Below are positions 26,341-39,179 of a DNA stretch of 64,000 nucleotides, in pieces (positions within the stretch are counted from its first letter, which is position 1; the number at the start of each line of letters is the position of its first letter). The stretch is from positions 14,446,001 through 14,510,000 of the forward strand of contig NC_045707.1 of assembly GCF_009834535.1 (NCBI RefSeq). Reading direction: 5' to 3'. The stretch is from Camelus ferus (Eukaryota). The translations under genes were made by a program, and so were the position numbers. The notes under the pieces are model-generated. The model did not search any database. It saw only the letters and a list, made by a program, of their open reading frames with translations, and was not told the origin of the DNA.

Positions 26341-27629
26341 GAAAAAAAAATGAGTGTGGGAAGAGACAGGAAATAGGAGAGAGAATCCCTTGCTCATCTC
26401 TGGCCCAATATATCGCTCTGTGTGTGGTATCAGTGGTTAGGGAAGAGAATTCGGTGAGCGTTTCAGAAGAGTCAGGCTTTTCTGCTTAACTCTGATTTCT
26501 TATACTAGATCCAACTCAAGTGGTTGGAATTAATTAATTTAGGTGTCAGTTCCCTCTACCCAGAAAGTATCCATCAACCCCCAAAAGGAAGGAGTACCAT
26601 AGGGAGGCTAAGATAACATGATTAGCAATGGTGAGATTTCTCCTGTGTCCACCATTCCTAAGCCTTGGACTGGCCTCTGGTCCCATTCAGATTGGTCCCT
26701 AGAGAGTACATGAAAAAAGAACAAAGAGGTGGACTTGGGCAGGAAAATGTACATAGCTGAACAAACATGTCAAAAACCTGTTCTCTCCCCGACCATTGTA
26801 AAATTATTTGGAATCCAGAAAAATGGTAACCCTTTGAAAATTCTCCCACAAAATATGGTACAACGACCACAAACTAAAAATGGCAGGAAAAACTGTGTAG
26901 GTTTAAGTAGTGAGAGGTCACCTTGAGTTTCCCTTAGCCTTAGAATGACATAGGAAGGCAGTGACTGTACTAGTGGAACAAGGATATTTGCTTCAGTGAG
27001 CGAGCCAGCGACCTGCAAAGGGTCTAACGGCTGGAAAAAAGAAGTTGAATTAGAAGATGTGCCATGGACAGTCTTGCCAGTAACCGAATGTCACGATAGA
27101 TTACCAGGGAGGGCCGTACATAAGCACCAGAGGTGGTGAGTTACATGTGGAGCAGGAGACAGCATAGGACCAAGCCAGGCCACCGTTAAAAAGTAGTCAC
27201 CTCTGGAATCCTCATATACTGTTGGTAGGAATGTCAATTCTTACAGCCACTGTGGGAAACAGTATGGAAGTTTCCCAAAAAATTAAAACTAGAACTACCG
27301 TATGACCCAGCATTTCCACTCCTGGGTATATATCCAGAAAAAAATAACCACTAATTAGAAAAGACACCTGCACCCCAATGTTCATAGCAGCATTATTTAC
27401 AATTGCCAAGACGTGGAATTAGCCTAAACTTTTTTACTAAAATAAGAGACATAGCTGCACGGTACTGATCCCTGATCAAGGTATGAAAGGTACTGGTTAA
27501 TAGTATTACTTTGTATCCATAGGTTCAAGGTGAGTTCTAAGGTAGTATATCCCAATGTGTCAGCCTTGTTTATCGATAACAATGAGATTCATGATTTGCA
27601 TCTGGTCTCAGTAAGACCTCACAGAAGCC

Positions 27630-29306
27630 TGTGCTGTTGGGGCTGGCTACTTAGCAAGAATGTGCCTATGTGATCAATAGCACATAAGATCAGTCTAGAC
27701 TCCTTTTGGGCTCCCGGGCCCCAAAGTGTCCCATGCACCCATCAGTGATTCCAGATCTGTGAAAGAAGTGTCTCCTGGCCTGGCCTTGCAAAGAGAGGAC
27801 ATTTAGAGCTCGTGCTAGGTCTCTGGATGCCTTGCTAGGGGGCAGACTTTGTCTGTAAGGTTTATCCTTACTTGATGCTATTGCTATGTTGTATCTTTTT
27901 CCTGCAATAATCATAGATTTATAAGCATTGTTATTTGGGACCCTGTGAGTATCCATTAATGATCAAACACTGTCTAACTGCTGCCATTAGTTCAGTTAGG
28001 ATCAGAAACCCATCCACCCCCACCTCATCTGACTAAGGCATTATTTAAATAGAAAAAATACGATTCTGATAAAAGGGGTGAAAATGAGTCATTGATGCCA
28101 GACGGTTGCCGTGTCACCCTTGGTTTGAAGTAGCACATGCTCTGAAATCAGTTACTGATAGTAACACCTTCTAGTGGAATCTGAAAATGATAAAACCTAA
28201 GTCTTGAAGTCTAGCAAAATGGATTAGCAGGAAACTTCAAGCACACGGCAGTTCCTCTAAAATTCAGTTCCGTGGTTTCTGCACTCAATGTTCACAAAAA
28301 TAAAGCTCAGAATCTCCTTTGGTTGAGCTTCGCTCTCTCTGGCCAGGAAACGGAGTTCCAGCTGAGGGAACCTGGGCAACCGTACCCATAACTGGCTACA
28401 CCTGCAAGACGAATTACAAATAAAAAGGTAATTCAAGTGGGACCAGCTGACAATGGAGGGCAAGAAGCCACGAAGGTAAGGGATTGCTGAGTGAAAGCAC
28501 TGAGACATTTTGTCGTGTATTAAAAGCAGCTCCCTGATGAGCCCTTGTTGAAATGGCTACTGAGAATTTTAGGCCCAGGTTCAACGTCCCTGTCCTTGAA
28601 TACTGCTGAGCAGAAGAGAACATTTACTTGCTCCTGAGGGAATGTTTGGGCTCACCTTGGCTCTTTAAATGGCTGCTACTACTGCAAGGATGCTTCATGG
28701 GGCAGCTGCTAGTTTACTAGACGGAATCAAGGGAGTGATCTGTCATAAACATTCGAGAAGTCTGAGCCCCTGATTCTGATGTGTTTCATGCACAAGTTGA
28801 TGGTTTCTAATCAAGAGAAAGTGTTACAAAATTGAGATGTGTGGACCCTGCTCGGTCTCTAGCCCAGCCAAGGTTCTCTGCCTGGGTGGGAGGTGATTCT
28901 TTTTCTGTTCGGAATTCAAGTAGACGAATAATGAAACTGAAGCTGAGATCAACACAGCACAAGCTTTATTCAGTGGCCAAAGAATGGGGAAGCAGGAACT
29001 AAGTTCACAAATCAACTTCTCGCCCACCTGGTGAGGGTGATTTAATTTTAAAGAGTAGAGATAAAGGGAGGAGGAGTGAGGCTAAGGATGGGGGGGGGCA
29101 TATGCATTAATCTCCTGGGGAAAGGGCAGGTCTTTTTCCAGGGAGTGGGTGCCACCACTTTTTTTGTATCCATATTTTGTTCCTTAATGTCCAGTCCTGG
29201 CCACTGGTAGTTGTGTCATATAATATGCTAATGTAGTAAAATCAACATATAATGAGACTCAGGGTCTGTTGGAGGTCAGATTCATCACCATCTTGGTCTC
29301 AGCTGG

Positions 29307-29343
<37 letters not shown>

Positions 29344-29680
29344 TTCCTTTCTTATCTCTGGACACTTTAACTTGAAGATTTATGTTCACTCCTGCTAAAC
29401 GTGGGGGGTTGGCAGGTTTTGAGCAAGGGCCTGGAGCAGCTCTAACAATAAAAGCACATGCTGGTAAGACCCTGCAGAGAGAGGACAAATGACTCCCTCC
29501 AGTCCTCTCTGGACTCCTTGCTGTGAGGCAGGCTTTGGCTGTGGTGTGTATCCTTATTTTAATGCTGTTGCTATGTTACATCTTTTTCATACAAATTATA
29601 GACTTATACGAATTGCCATTTTGGATCCTTTGAGTCTTTATCATTGGAAACATATCTAACTCTCCCCATTAGTACAAAAA
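27630..29680 (+). mobile_element. Degenerate ERVL-class element: two MER21-like LTR remnants and a gag relic, with a nested inverted ERV1-like LTR (~28817-29400)
   Basis: Two diverged related blocks (27.64-27.99k and 29.42-29.67k; shared ...tatcctta-tt-atgct-ttgctatgtt-atctttt). 28.46-28.62k translates to a stop-containing ERVL gag-like stretch (KQLPDEPLLKWLLRILGPG). (GT)n at 29308-29341. Confidence 0.5.
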
Positions 29681-29809
29681 AAAAACCTCTTTCCTTCAGG
29701 GAGTTAGTTTATGGGAGCTAAACAGTCATAGGAAGGGAGGAGCCAGGATATATAGGCGTTTTGCAAGAACAAACCAGGTTGTTGAACATCCAAAGATTTC
29801 TGCTAATTA

Positions 29810-30350
29810 AAGAAAAAATACATATCTCAAGTTAGTGAACTTAGCACAAGTTAGTGTTTTAGTTTTCTGCAGGTAAATACCCAGAAGTGGAGTTGCTGGA
29901 CCATATGATAGTTCTGTTTTTATATTTTTGAGAAATATGCATCCAGGTTTCCATAGTGCCTGAACCAATCTGTGTTCCCAAGGGGGTTCCCTTTTGTCCA
30001 CATCCTGGCCAATACTTGTTATCTTTTTGATAATGGCCATTTTAACATGTGGGAGGTAATATTTCGTGATTTTAATTTGCATTTCCTAATGATTAGTGAT
30101 GTTGATCATCTTTTCATGTACCTCTTGGCTATGTGTATGTTTTCTTTGAAAAATTGTCTCTTCACATCTTCTGTCCATTTTTTAATCAGGTTTTTTCATT
30201 GTTTTTTNNNNNNNNNNNNNNNNNNNNNNNNNNNNNNNNNNNNNNNNNNNNNNNNNNNNNNNNNNNNNNNNNNNNNNNNNNNNNNNNNNNNNNNNNNNNN
30301 NNNNNNNNNNNNNNNNNNNNNNNNNNNNNNNNNNNNNNNNNNNNNNNNNC
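29810..30350 (-). mobile_element. L1 ORF2 3' fragment (partly N-masked)
   Basis: Translation 29807-30082 resembles the L1 ORF2 C-terminus (MAIIKK...PLLGIY). Confidence 0.8.
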
Positions 30351-30439
30351 TGTCTTTAAGACTGGGCATAAAGTAACCTTGCCAACTACACCCCTACTGT
30401 TTAATTTTATTGTTATTGTTGCTGCATTATAGTATTGTC

Positions 30440-31830
30440 ATCTACATAAGAAAATCATTATTATCACCCTGTTACCTGATGGTATAAACATTACTTAGAA
30501 AACCCAACAAAATTAACCACTGGAACCAAAAAGCAAGTTTAGTTACAAGATCAAATTACCAAAATCAATAGAATGTATTTACACCAAAAATAACCAATTA
30601 AAAAATAAAATCAACAATAAAATACTATTAACAAAAGCAACAAAAGTTATTAAGTTTCTAGTATTTAACCTAATGTAGAATACCGAAGACTTTCTATGGA
30701 GAAAAATGTTCATATTCTAATAAAAGACATTGAAAATTCTTTGACTAAATGGAGAAACACTCCATGCTTTGGATGGGATCATTAACTACTAAAAATATTT
30801 CAGATTTTCTTCCATTTTAACCTATAACCTTAACATGAAACCAATTAAAATTCCTATTAGATTGTTTAAGAATCTCAATAAACTTACTCTAATATTCATA
30901 TGGAAGAATAAAGATTTGTGAATATCCAAGTCAATCTCTTAAAAAGAAAAGAAAGAAGGGAAGATAACTGCCTTCCTAGATATTAGGCAATATTACAAGG
31001 ACACAGTAAGAAAAAGAGTGAGGTGGACAAACAAACCAATGACAGCCCAGTGAGAAATTTACGTATGTATAGGAAATTAACATTTGCTCAAGTTGCCACA
31101 AAAATCAATGGGAAATATGTAGATTATATAAAGGGAAAGCTGATATTATATGAAGAAATTCAAATTGGATCCCTATCTAACACTACCTCTACATTTATAC
31201 AGTAAACCTAAATGTCAAAGATAAAGCTATAAAGTTAGTATAAGAAAAAGTAGAATATCTTTGTGAGTTAGTATGGCAAAGGACTTCTCAGACTAAATGT
31301 TAACAGCACAAACGATAAGGCAAAAAATAATAATAATTTTGGATACATCAATTTAAAAGGTTAGGGGCAATGAGGAACACCCCGGACAAAGATAATAGAA
31401 ACATGATAGAAGAGATTTGTAGTATGTAAAACTGACAAGAGATCAGTTCTAGACTATACAAGCAAGTCCTTCAAAACAACAAGGAAGAAAAACCCAGTAG
31501 GGAAAACAAAGTATGTGAAACAGTATATTCCTTCTATAAGAGGGAAACGCATATGACTAAAGAATGTATGAAGAGATGCTTAAACTCATTAGCAATTAAA
31601 ATAGCAAGGAGAAGGCACTTCACATCTGATAGACTACCAAATATCAGTTGGTTGGCTAGTGTTTAGTGATAGAGAAACACTCAAGCATTACAGTGAAAGC
31701 TGGTGCAACCACAGCAGTGCAGGATCAATACTTGATCAAATTATGTCTAATGTCTACTATGACTCAGGTATTGTTCAACTGGCTAAAATTCTCTAATTAC
31801 TATTATGTAAGTTCCTAAGGAAACAGGTAT
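30440..31830 (+). mobile_element. Old, highly degenerate L1 ORF2 relic
   Basis: Recognisable RT/C-terminal L1 DNA (ttagaaaacccaacaaaatt...caagatcaaattaccaaaatcaatag) with many stops. Confidence 0.65.
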
Positions 31831-31845
31831 TAAGTGTTTATTGCA

Positions 31846-34017
31846 GACAACCCCCTCCAACTTTCAACGTTCCACACTCCCCACCTAGAACTTTCTCGGC
31901 TTCCTTTTCTCCCTCCCCGCCTCCTCCCCACCAAGTATAGCATCCAACGAGTGGCCTGAGCAGGCAGCAGAGTTTTCTAAGAAATAATTTCACCAAGATG
32001 TCCAGTGATAGGCAGATGTCTGAGAATGAGAGCCCCAGACCAACAGTGGTAATTCAGATGTGGATGGTCAAGACCCAGCCACTCCAAAGCCTAAGGAATA
32101 AGCAAGAAAACTTTCTGCCTCCCAGCTGAAGAAAAGCACCAAACTCTCTAGCAAAACCACTGCTAAATTATCCACCAGTGCTCAAAGAATTCAGGAGGAG
32201 CTAGATGAAGTAAGCCTGGATTCTCCCCACCTAACTGCAATGCTGGCCAAGGGAGAACATTGATGAATCGAGATTGACTACACTTAGTCCACCACGTTCT
32301 GTATATGAAGGTTGTGTGTTTTTTTCTGTATATCACAATTTCATCTTATTGTCCACACCAAAGTTTACTTTCTGCAACAGAATCTATCACTGCAACATTA
32401 ACAGTCTGGGAGTGATCCATCTGGACATCCTTAAGGACAACTGGAGTACCTCTGACTATTTCAAAGGTTTTGCTGTCAGTTTGTTCTCTTTTGACAGACT
32501 GCAACCCTGTGGATCCTCTGCTTGGATGCAAAGCCATTCTGTATTTGATCAACAGAGCAGAAAATGACAGGATAGCTGGACAGTGGAGCAAGAGATATAC
32601 AACACAATTCATGTAATTTGTATACAATATAAAGGAGCAGAAGGCATCTTCTCACTATGCTGCAAATCTTTTTTTATTTAATTCTTATTTTTTGTTGAAG
32701 TGCAGTTGATTTACAATTTTAGTTTCATGTGTACAGTGAAGTGACTTAGTTACACATATACATAAGCATTTTTTTCAGAGTCTTTTCCTTTATAGCTCAT
32801 TACAGGAAATTGAGTATAGTTCCCTGTGCTATACAGTAGGTCCTTGCTGTTTATCTGTTTTATACATAGTAATGTGTATCTGTTAATCTCAAACTCCTAA
32901 TCTATCCCTCTCCCCGCTCTCCCCACTGGTAACAACAGTTTGTTTTCTGTGTCCATGAGTCTATTTCTGGTTTGCAAATAAAATCTGTATTTTTTTTAGA
33001 TTCCACATATACGCAGCATCATATGATATGTGTCTTTCTCTGTCTGACTTACTTCACTTAATATGATAATCCCTAAGTCCATCCATGGTGCTACAAATGG
33101 CATTATGTCACTTTTTTTATATATAGTGTATATATCACATCTTCTTTGTCCATTCATCTGTCGATGGACATTTAGGTTGTTTCCATGTCTTGGCTATTAA
33201 AAATAGTGCTTCTATGAACACCGGGGTGCAGGTATCTTTTTGAATTAGAGTTCCCTCTGGATATTCACCCAGGAGTGGGATTGCTGGATCATAGGGTAGG
33301 TCTGTTTTTAGTTTTTTAAGGAAGCTCCAGACTGTTTTCCATAGTTGCTGCACCAATTTACATTCCCACCAATAGTGTAGAAGGATTCCTTTTTCTCCAC
33401 ACCCTCTCCAGTGCTTATTATTTGTAGACTTTTTCATGATGGCCATTCTGACTGGTGTGAGGGGATACCTCATCATAGTTTTGATTTGCAGTTCTCTAAC
33501 AATTAGCAATATTGTATGCTGCAAATCTTTATAGCCTTTACAGTACCAACTTCTGTGCATATGTTACACTGCTTCTACTGTCTGCTTTTGTCCTTTGGAG
33601 ATTGGGTGACTCCCCAAAAATGTAAATGCTATCAAGAGTAGAGCTTTGTAGCTGTGGATTACTGATGTTTAAAACATCTACTTAAATGCAAGTCTTATTT
33701 CTTTGGTATATCAAAATGTATTTTATGATGTATGAAAAATTATGGTCCTGAAGTCTATGAAATATTATAGCTTATTTGAGCCTAATTCATTATCCGTATG
33801 AAGTTATAAACGTAACCATAGATGACTAGGAATTATGTAATTTATATTAAACACAGATCTATTTCTGAGTATGTAATTCATGCTTTTGCAAAAAAAAGTT
33901 TTACTTTTCACCTTTTTCAGTTTGTAATGAGATTTCCTTTTACCCCTTGTAACAGAGAACACCTGATGTATCCTCTCAAACATAATAGACATGCTTCTGA
34001 AGGCACGGAAAAAAACA
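31846..34017 (+). pseudogene. UBE2E3: UBE2E3 processed pseudogene (5'UTR, CDS 31998-~32606, 3'UTR, A-rich tail), interrupted by an L1
   Basis: Intronless match: ttcaccaagATGTCCAGTGATAGG (MSSDR), SSKTTAKLSTSAxRIQ, YEGxVFF, [23 protein letters not shown]. Frameshifts and stops present; catalytic Cys codon is CAT (32418-32420). Diverged TSD tgttt(a/c)ttgca at 31835-31845 and 34018-34028. Confidence 0.9.
32672..33514 (-). mobile_element. 5'-truncated L1 inserted in the UBE2E3 retrocopy 3'UTR
   Basis: L1 ORF2 C-terminus (33135-33560 ORF track) plus 3'UTR; perfect 16-bp TSD tatgctgcaaatcttt at 32656-32671 and 33515-33530. Confidence 0.92.
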
Positions 34018-34366
34018 TGTTTCTTGCAACATTATTTTTGGTGGTGGGAAGTTGGAGACAATTGGGGTTAGGAAATCTGTCTTAGGAAGACAAAGGCTAA
34101 GCTGTTATAGAAGAGATCCCAAAATAAAGTGAATCAAATACAATAAAAGATTATTTTTCTCTTAAGTCCAGAGATATATGGATGGTCCAGAGTGAAAGGA
34201 CCAAGCTCCTTCTATATTGTTGCTTTGTTAACTCCTAGGAATTTATTCAATCAACCACCATTCAATCCTCTTCCATGGCAAAGACTGATAATTGCTCTTC
34301 AATATCTATCCTTCCCTTGTACCTTTCAGTACTCCTGAAGTACATGGGGGTGGGAGTCAGTCCTGA

Positions 34367-36699
34367 CTTCTTTCCAAGTGGAAGACTATATCCCTCCTTA
34401 AGTGTTTCACCCAGATCTCCTTGGTGATCTTTTCTGGGGCCACTGAAGCTTGTCTCCTTTCAGTCATGACCTATGACCGGTTCCAGGCTGTGTGCCACCC
34501 ACTGTTGTATGTGGTGGCTATGAATAGGAAAGTGTGTACCAGCCTGGTGGCAGCATCCTGGGCCATTGGAATGGGGACCGGACTGGTTAACACCATCCTC
34601 CTGGCCCAGCATCACTTCTGTGGCCCCAACCTCATACGCAGTTTTGCCTGCGAGCTTCCCCCTGTGCTCCTGTTGGCCTGTTCTGACCCTTCCATTAGCA
34701 TTGCCTCCATCCTGACCACCATGGTGGTCCTGGGCCTTGGCACCCTTGTCCTGTTGCTGGGTTCCTACAACCGTATCATCATGACAGCTCTGGGCATCAA
34801 CTCTGCCATGGGTCGGAGCAAGATCTTCTCTACCTGCTCATCTCATTTTCTCGTGGTCACCATCTTTTATGGATCGGGAGTTTTCAGGTATGTCACTACT
34901 ATACCTCCTGAGTGGAAATGTAGGCATTTCTCACTCTAAAGTAGCCTCGGTCTATAGAACAGAGCATTGCAAAGTAGTAGGAAAAGAACTGTATGGAATT
35001 CAGAAGGCCTGGGTTCTAGCTCTGGCTCTGCTGTGGACTACATGTGTGAATTAGAAAAATAAAATCCATTTTCTTTCCTCAGTTGTCTAACTCTGAAAAT
35101 AAGCTTATACAAGAACTAAAGATTTTCCTACTTCCATTAACCTATGATTTGGGAGTTCTCATAAGGAAATCAGAGAGCCTTTGGTGGAGTTTTATTCAGT
35201 GCTAGACAAAAATCAAAACATATCATCCTTGAAATAGATGCCTCTTTTCCTTCCTCCTGGAAGGTGATGTTTCCAGGCTTATTTGTGCTGTAACTTTTCT
35301 TTAGGTACCTACTATACGACAGCTGCTTTATACAAACAAGCTCAATTTTAGTATGTAGCACAATTTAAGAGAAATATTATTAACCCCATTGTCAGGTAAG
35401 AAATCTCAGTTTCAGGGGTAACCAGGTACTTTCTCAAAGCTCCTGAACAAGCCAGTAATGCAGCCGTAAGAGAAACCAAATCTCACTGACTTCGCATCTC
35501 ATGCTCTTTCCTACCATGTTTCTCTCAGACATAAACAGCTCCAGCTGACGAGTCTTCACTTACCAGGAGATAGAATGGGTAACAGTCTGTGCTCTCTACT
35601 AGTGAACTAACTAGAGATGGATTTGCACAAAGTGCTCTATGTTTTTCTCACCTACTTGTTACTTGGAGAGAAGTCAGGGGTGGAAAAAGATAAGGAATGG
35701 TCCAGGAGAGCTCACTTGAGGCTGTCTTTTAACCAAGCACACCAGAACCCACAAAGAACATTCCAATGATGATGGCACCGTCTCACACACACACACACAC
35801 ACACACAGATTAATGCCTCTTTGGGAAATACTCCCAGTGACACTTAACAAGATGTTTCCAAAAATGGAATCTTATTATTTTGGATTCATGTCTCATGCTA
35901 AACACATTTTTATCTTTCATTTTATTTTCCAAGCTTGGCTTCTTTTCAAAGCCAAGGGGAAAAAAAATGCACCTAAAAGAACAAATGTCTGTTCCACTAA
36001 GTACCGTAAACATAATGTGCTGTGATTATGGGGTAATTCCCAGACCATAAACATTAGGAAAAATGATAGCATTCTTAGACTAGTGTACAGTTTTGTAAGA
36101 AACAGTCATCAATAAATGAGAACATATAGTTGTATATATAGAAAAAAGAAGAGAAAAATGTCTTCGTATGATCATCATCACTATTAAGGAAAGATGCTTT
36201 GAAAAGTATGAAGTTCCCCAGAAATGCATGAGATCATTTTTAGCTCTAATTTATCCTGCAGCACTTGATATGCTGCAGAACTAACTCCCTTTTTCCTCGG
36301 GGCAGCTCCTATAACGTTCTGCACAAGATCGCTCATATATGAAGGCGTCTACAGGCAGATATGACTGACTTCTCACCGATAATTCAGTCATTGCTAGACG
36401 CTTCTACCAGTGACGGTTGACTCAGCTCAGAGGACCCTCTTTGCAGAGTCTCCGGGATGGGATGGACCATGTCTGCCAATAGCATTGTGTCCATTGTCCT
36501 GAGCTCAGTTCACTCGTTTGTGCAATTCCCTTCAAGGTACATGACTCCAGCTTCCGGCTCAGCCCTGGAGCAAGTGCTGTCCGTGCAGTACAGTGTGGTG
36601 ACCCCGCTGCTAAACCCCCTCATCTACAGTCTGAAGAACCAGGAGGTGAAGGCAGCTCTGAGGAGAATGCTGGCCAGGAAGCCCAGGCTCACCTTCTAA
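34367..36699 (+). pseudogene. OR5BS1: OR5BS1-like olfactory receptor with coding region split by an intron; N-terminal ~84 codons missing (exons 34367-34887 and 36537-36699)
   Basis: Segment 1 encodes [29 protein letters not shown]...MTYDRF...KIFSTCSSH...YGSGVF(R) and ends at AG|GTATGT. Segment 2 starts ttcccttcAAG|G TAC and encodes [38 protein letters not shown]...TF*. The phase-2 join is in frame. Symbol from remembered similarity and position between OR8S1 and LALBA. Confidence 0.8.
35785..35808 (+). repeat. (CA)n microsatellite in the OR intron
   Basis: Perfect CA run. Confidence 0.9.
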
Positions 36700-36929
36700 G
36701 CCAGGCTCCACTGCCTCCTCATAACTGGAGGAAAAGTTGTGGGAAGAGGAGACAGAAAGAGCTATCATCGCTAAGCTATCTCAGCGTTCATTTTTTTCCA
36801 AAACAGAAGCCTTAGTTCCTCTGACACCAGTGCCCTCCTCCAGTCAAGCAAGATGGGAGAACCTCCACAGAACTGAAGGCACCATCCATGGGGGCCCAGT
36901 TACCACACAAGAAAATCCTCAAAAAATCA

Positions 36930-37910
36930 ATATGGAAGAGCTTCAAAAAACTGAAAGTTGAAACATCACATGATCCAGCAATTCCACTTCTGGAATTGAA
37001 AAGGAAATGAGAATGCTGACTCAAAAAGTTATCTGCTATGGAGGACAAACTAGTCGTTACCAGTGGGGAGAGGGAAGGGAGAGGTCCAAACTATTAGGTA
37101 TGAAATAAGCTACAAGGATATATTGTACAACACAGGGAATATAGCCAATATTTTATAATAGCTATAAAAGGAGTATAACCTTTAAAAATTGTGCATCATT
37201 GTATTGTACACCTGTAACTTAAATAATATTTTACCACAACTATACTTCAATAGGGAAAAGATATTTGTATCCCAGTGTTCATAACAGCAATATTTACAAT
37301 AGCCAAGATGTGAAAAGAACCTAAATGTTCATCAATGGATGAGTAGATAAGGNNNNNNNNNNNNNNNNNNNNNNNNNNNNNNNNNNNNNNNNNNNNNNNN
37401 NNNNNNNNNNNNNNNNNNNNNNNNNNNNNNNNNNNNNNNNNNNNNNNNNNNNNNNNNNNNNNNNNNNNNNNNNNNNNNNNNNNNNNNNNNNNNNNNNCTC
37501 AGTTATATGCAGACCCTAAAAACAAACAAGCTCATAGAAAAAAAGATCAGACATGTAGTTACCAGAGGCAAACAGTGGGAGGAGGGGGGTTTGGAGAAAG
37601 GTGGTCAAAGGTACAAATTTCCAGTGTAAGATAAGTAAGTCCTAGGGATGTAATGTACAACACCGGTGACTATAGTTAACACTGCTGTGTGCTATATGGG
37701 AAAGTTGTTAACAGAGTAAATCTCAAGGGTTCTTATCACAAGGAGAAAATTTTTTTCCTTTTTTCTTCTCTTTATGTTGTATGTATATGAGATGATGAAT
37801 ATTAGCTGAACCTACTGCAATACTCACTTCACAATATATGTAAATCAAACCATCATGCTCTACGGCTTCAATGTATACAGTAATGTGTGTCTGTCTCTCA
37901 ATAAAACTGG
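36930..37910 (+). mobile_element. L1 ORF2 C-terminus/3'UTR fragments, nested and partly N-masked
   Basis: catgatccagcaattccacttctgg; ttcataacagcaatatttacaatagccaag; 3'UTR ending ctcaataaaactggggaaaag. Confidence 0.8.
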
Positions 37911-39147
37911 GGAAAAGAAGAAAAGTAATGACTAATCCTCACAGCTTCACTGGCCATTTCTACAGCTATTGATGTTTCCTCTCTTTTTCTGTCCTTTCTA
38001 CCCCTCCCCTTCTGCCTCTCCCTCTCTCTTTTACTTTTGTCTGTGCACAAAGTGTAAATCAACCCATCTGACCACTAGCAAATATCCCCCTGCATTCTGG
38101 AGAGTCCCATCTTCGTACTAAGACTCAACTCCTCCTTTGTTCTCATCCCCAAAAAATTCCCTGGCAAGATCTATAGCTCCAGTAACAGAGAAAGAAATGA
38201 AATGAAGTAAGTGTGTCACCTCCTTTCTTTGTTCGTAACAAGAAACACCTAAAGTAGAACATAGCAAATAGTAAATCTTTAATAACTCTTTCTTGACCAA
38301 TTAAGGAGTAAATGAAGGAATGAATGATGGATCTGTCTGAAGAGTCCTTTCTCTTGCATGAATTTAGGATATAGGAGGGAGTATCCTCTCTAAAGTGCAA
38401 ATCTTGAGAGCAAATCCCCTGTCTGGCAGCATCTGTATCTCCTATGTCTAGCATGGTTCTGTCACTTAATAGGCTCTCAATCAGTGTGAAAAAATGAACA
38501 AATGATAGAGAAGAGGGAGTAAAAAAGGGAACATTTATTGTATCCAGTAAAATTCCTGCCTGCACAACAATATGGATGTCAGAGGAAAGTAGCGTGGAGG
38601 AGAGATCGGGAGAGAAAGAGAGAAAAAGGGTCCACATTTTGGGAGACCGCCTTGGGTCCTCCTCACAGAGCTTGGTCAAATGCACGCACTCTGAAGGCCC
38701 CTGCCCTGAGGCTCCTCACCACCCGCCCTAGCCTGGGACACTTAGACCCCTGCCTGGCTCCAGACTTGTTCCACGCCTAGAGGAAGGGGAGGGAGCTGGA
38801 GAAAGCAGAACAAATACTCAGCTGCCATCCCCACCTCCCTTTCAGCTCCCAAGAGAGTTCTCAGGAAGAGAACAGTAGTTTCCTGTCCTGTTTCTACCCA
38901 AAGGCCAGGCGGTCTGCCTCAGTCGAGATTACTTCCGTGCCAACTCCCTGGCTTCTATCTCTTCTTGATCCTTTGACCTTCAGGCTAAGATCCTCTTTGC
39001 AATTGTTAGTTTCCTTCAGCAAAGCCCTCTAAAAATTATGGCCTCATATATGGTACACCCACGTGTGAAATTTCCAAGATCAGGATATTTCTCTGTAGAA
39101 TGAAGTCCAGAGCTATGGAGCTGAGCAAAAATGGTCCCAGCTTTAGT

Positions 39148-39179
39148 TGCATTTCCGCTCTGGCCACTTGGTGGCGCTG
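39148..39179 (+). promoter_or_regulatory. Candidate CTCF site (core + upstream module)
   Basis: TGCATTTCC-gctct-GGCCACTTGGTGGCGCTG. The core differs from the TGGCCACCAGG(T/G)GGCGCTA consensus mainly by A>T at the AG position; the upstream TGCAnTnCC module sits at a 5-nt spacing. Confidence 0.65.
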
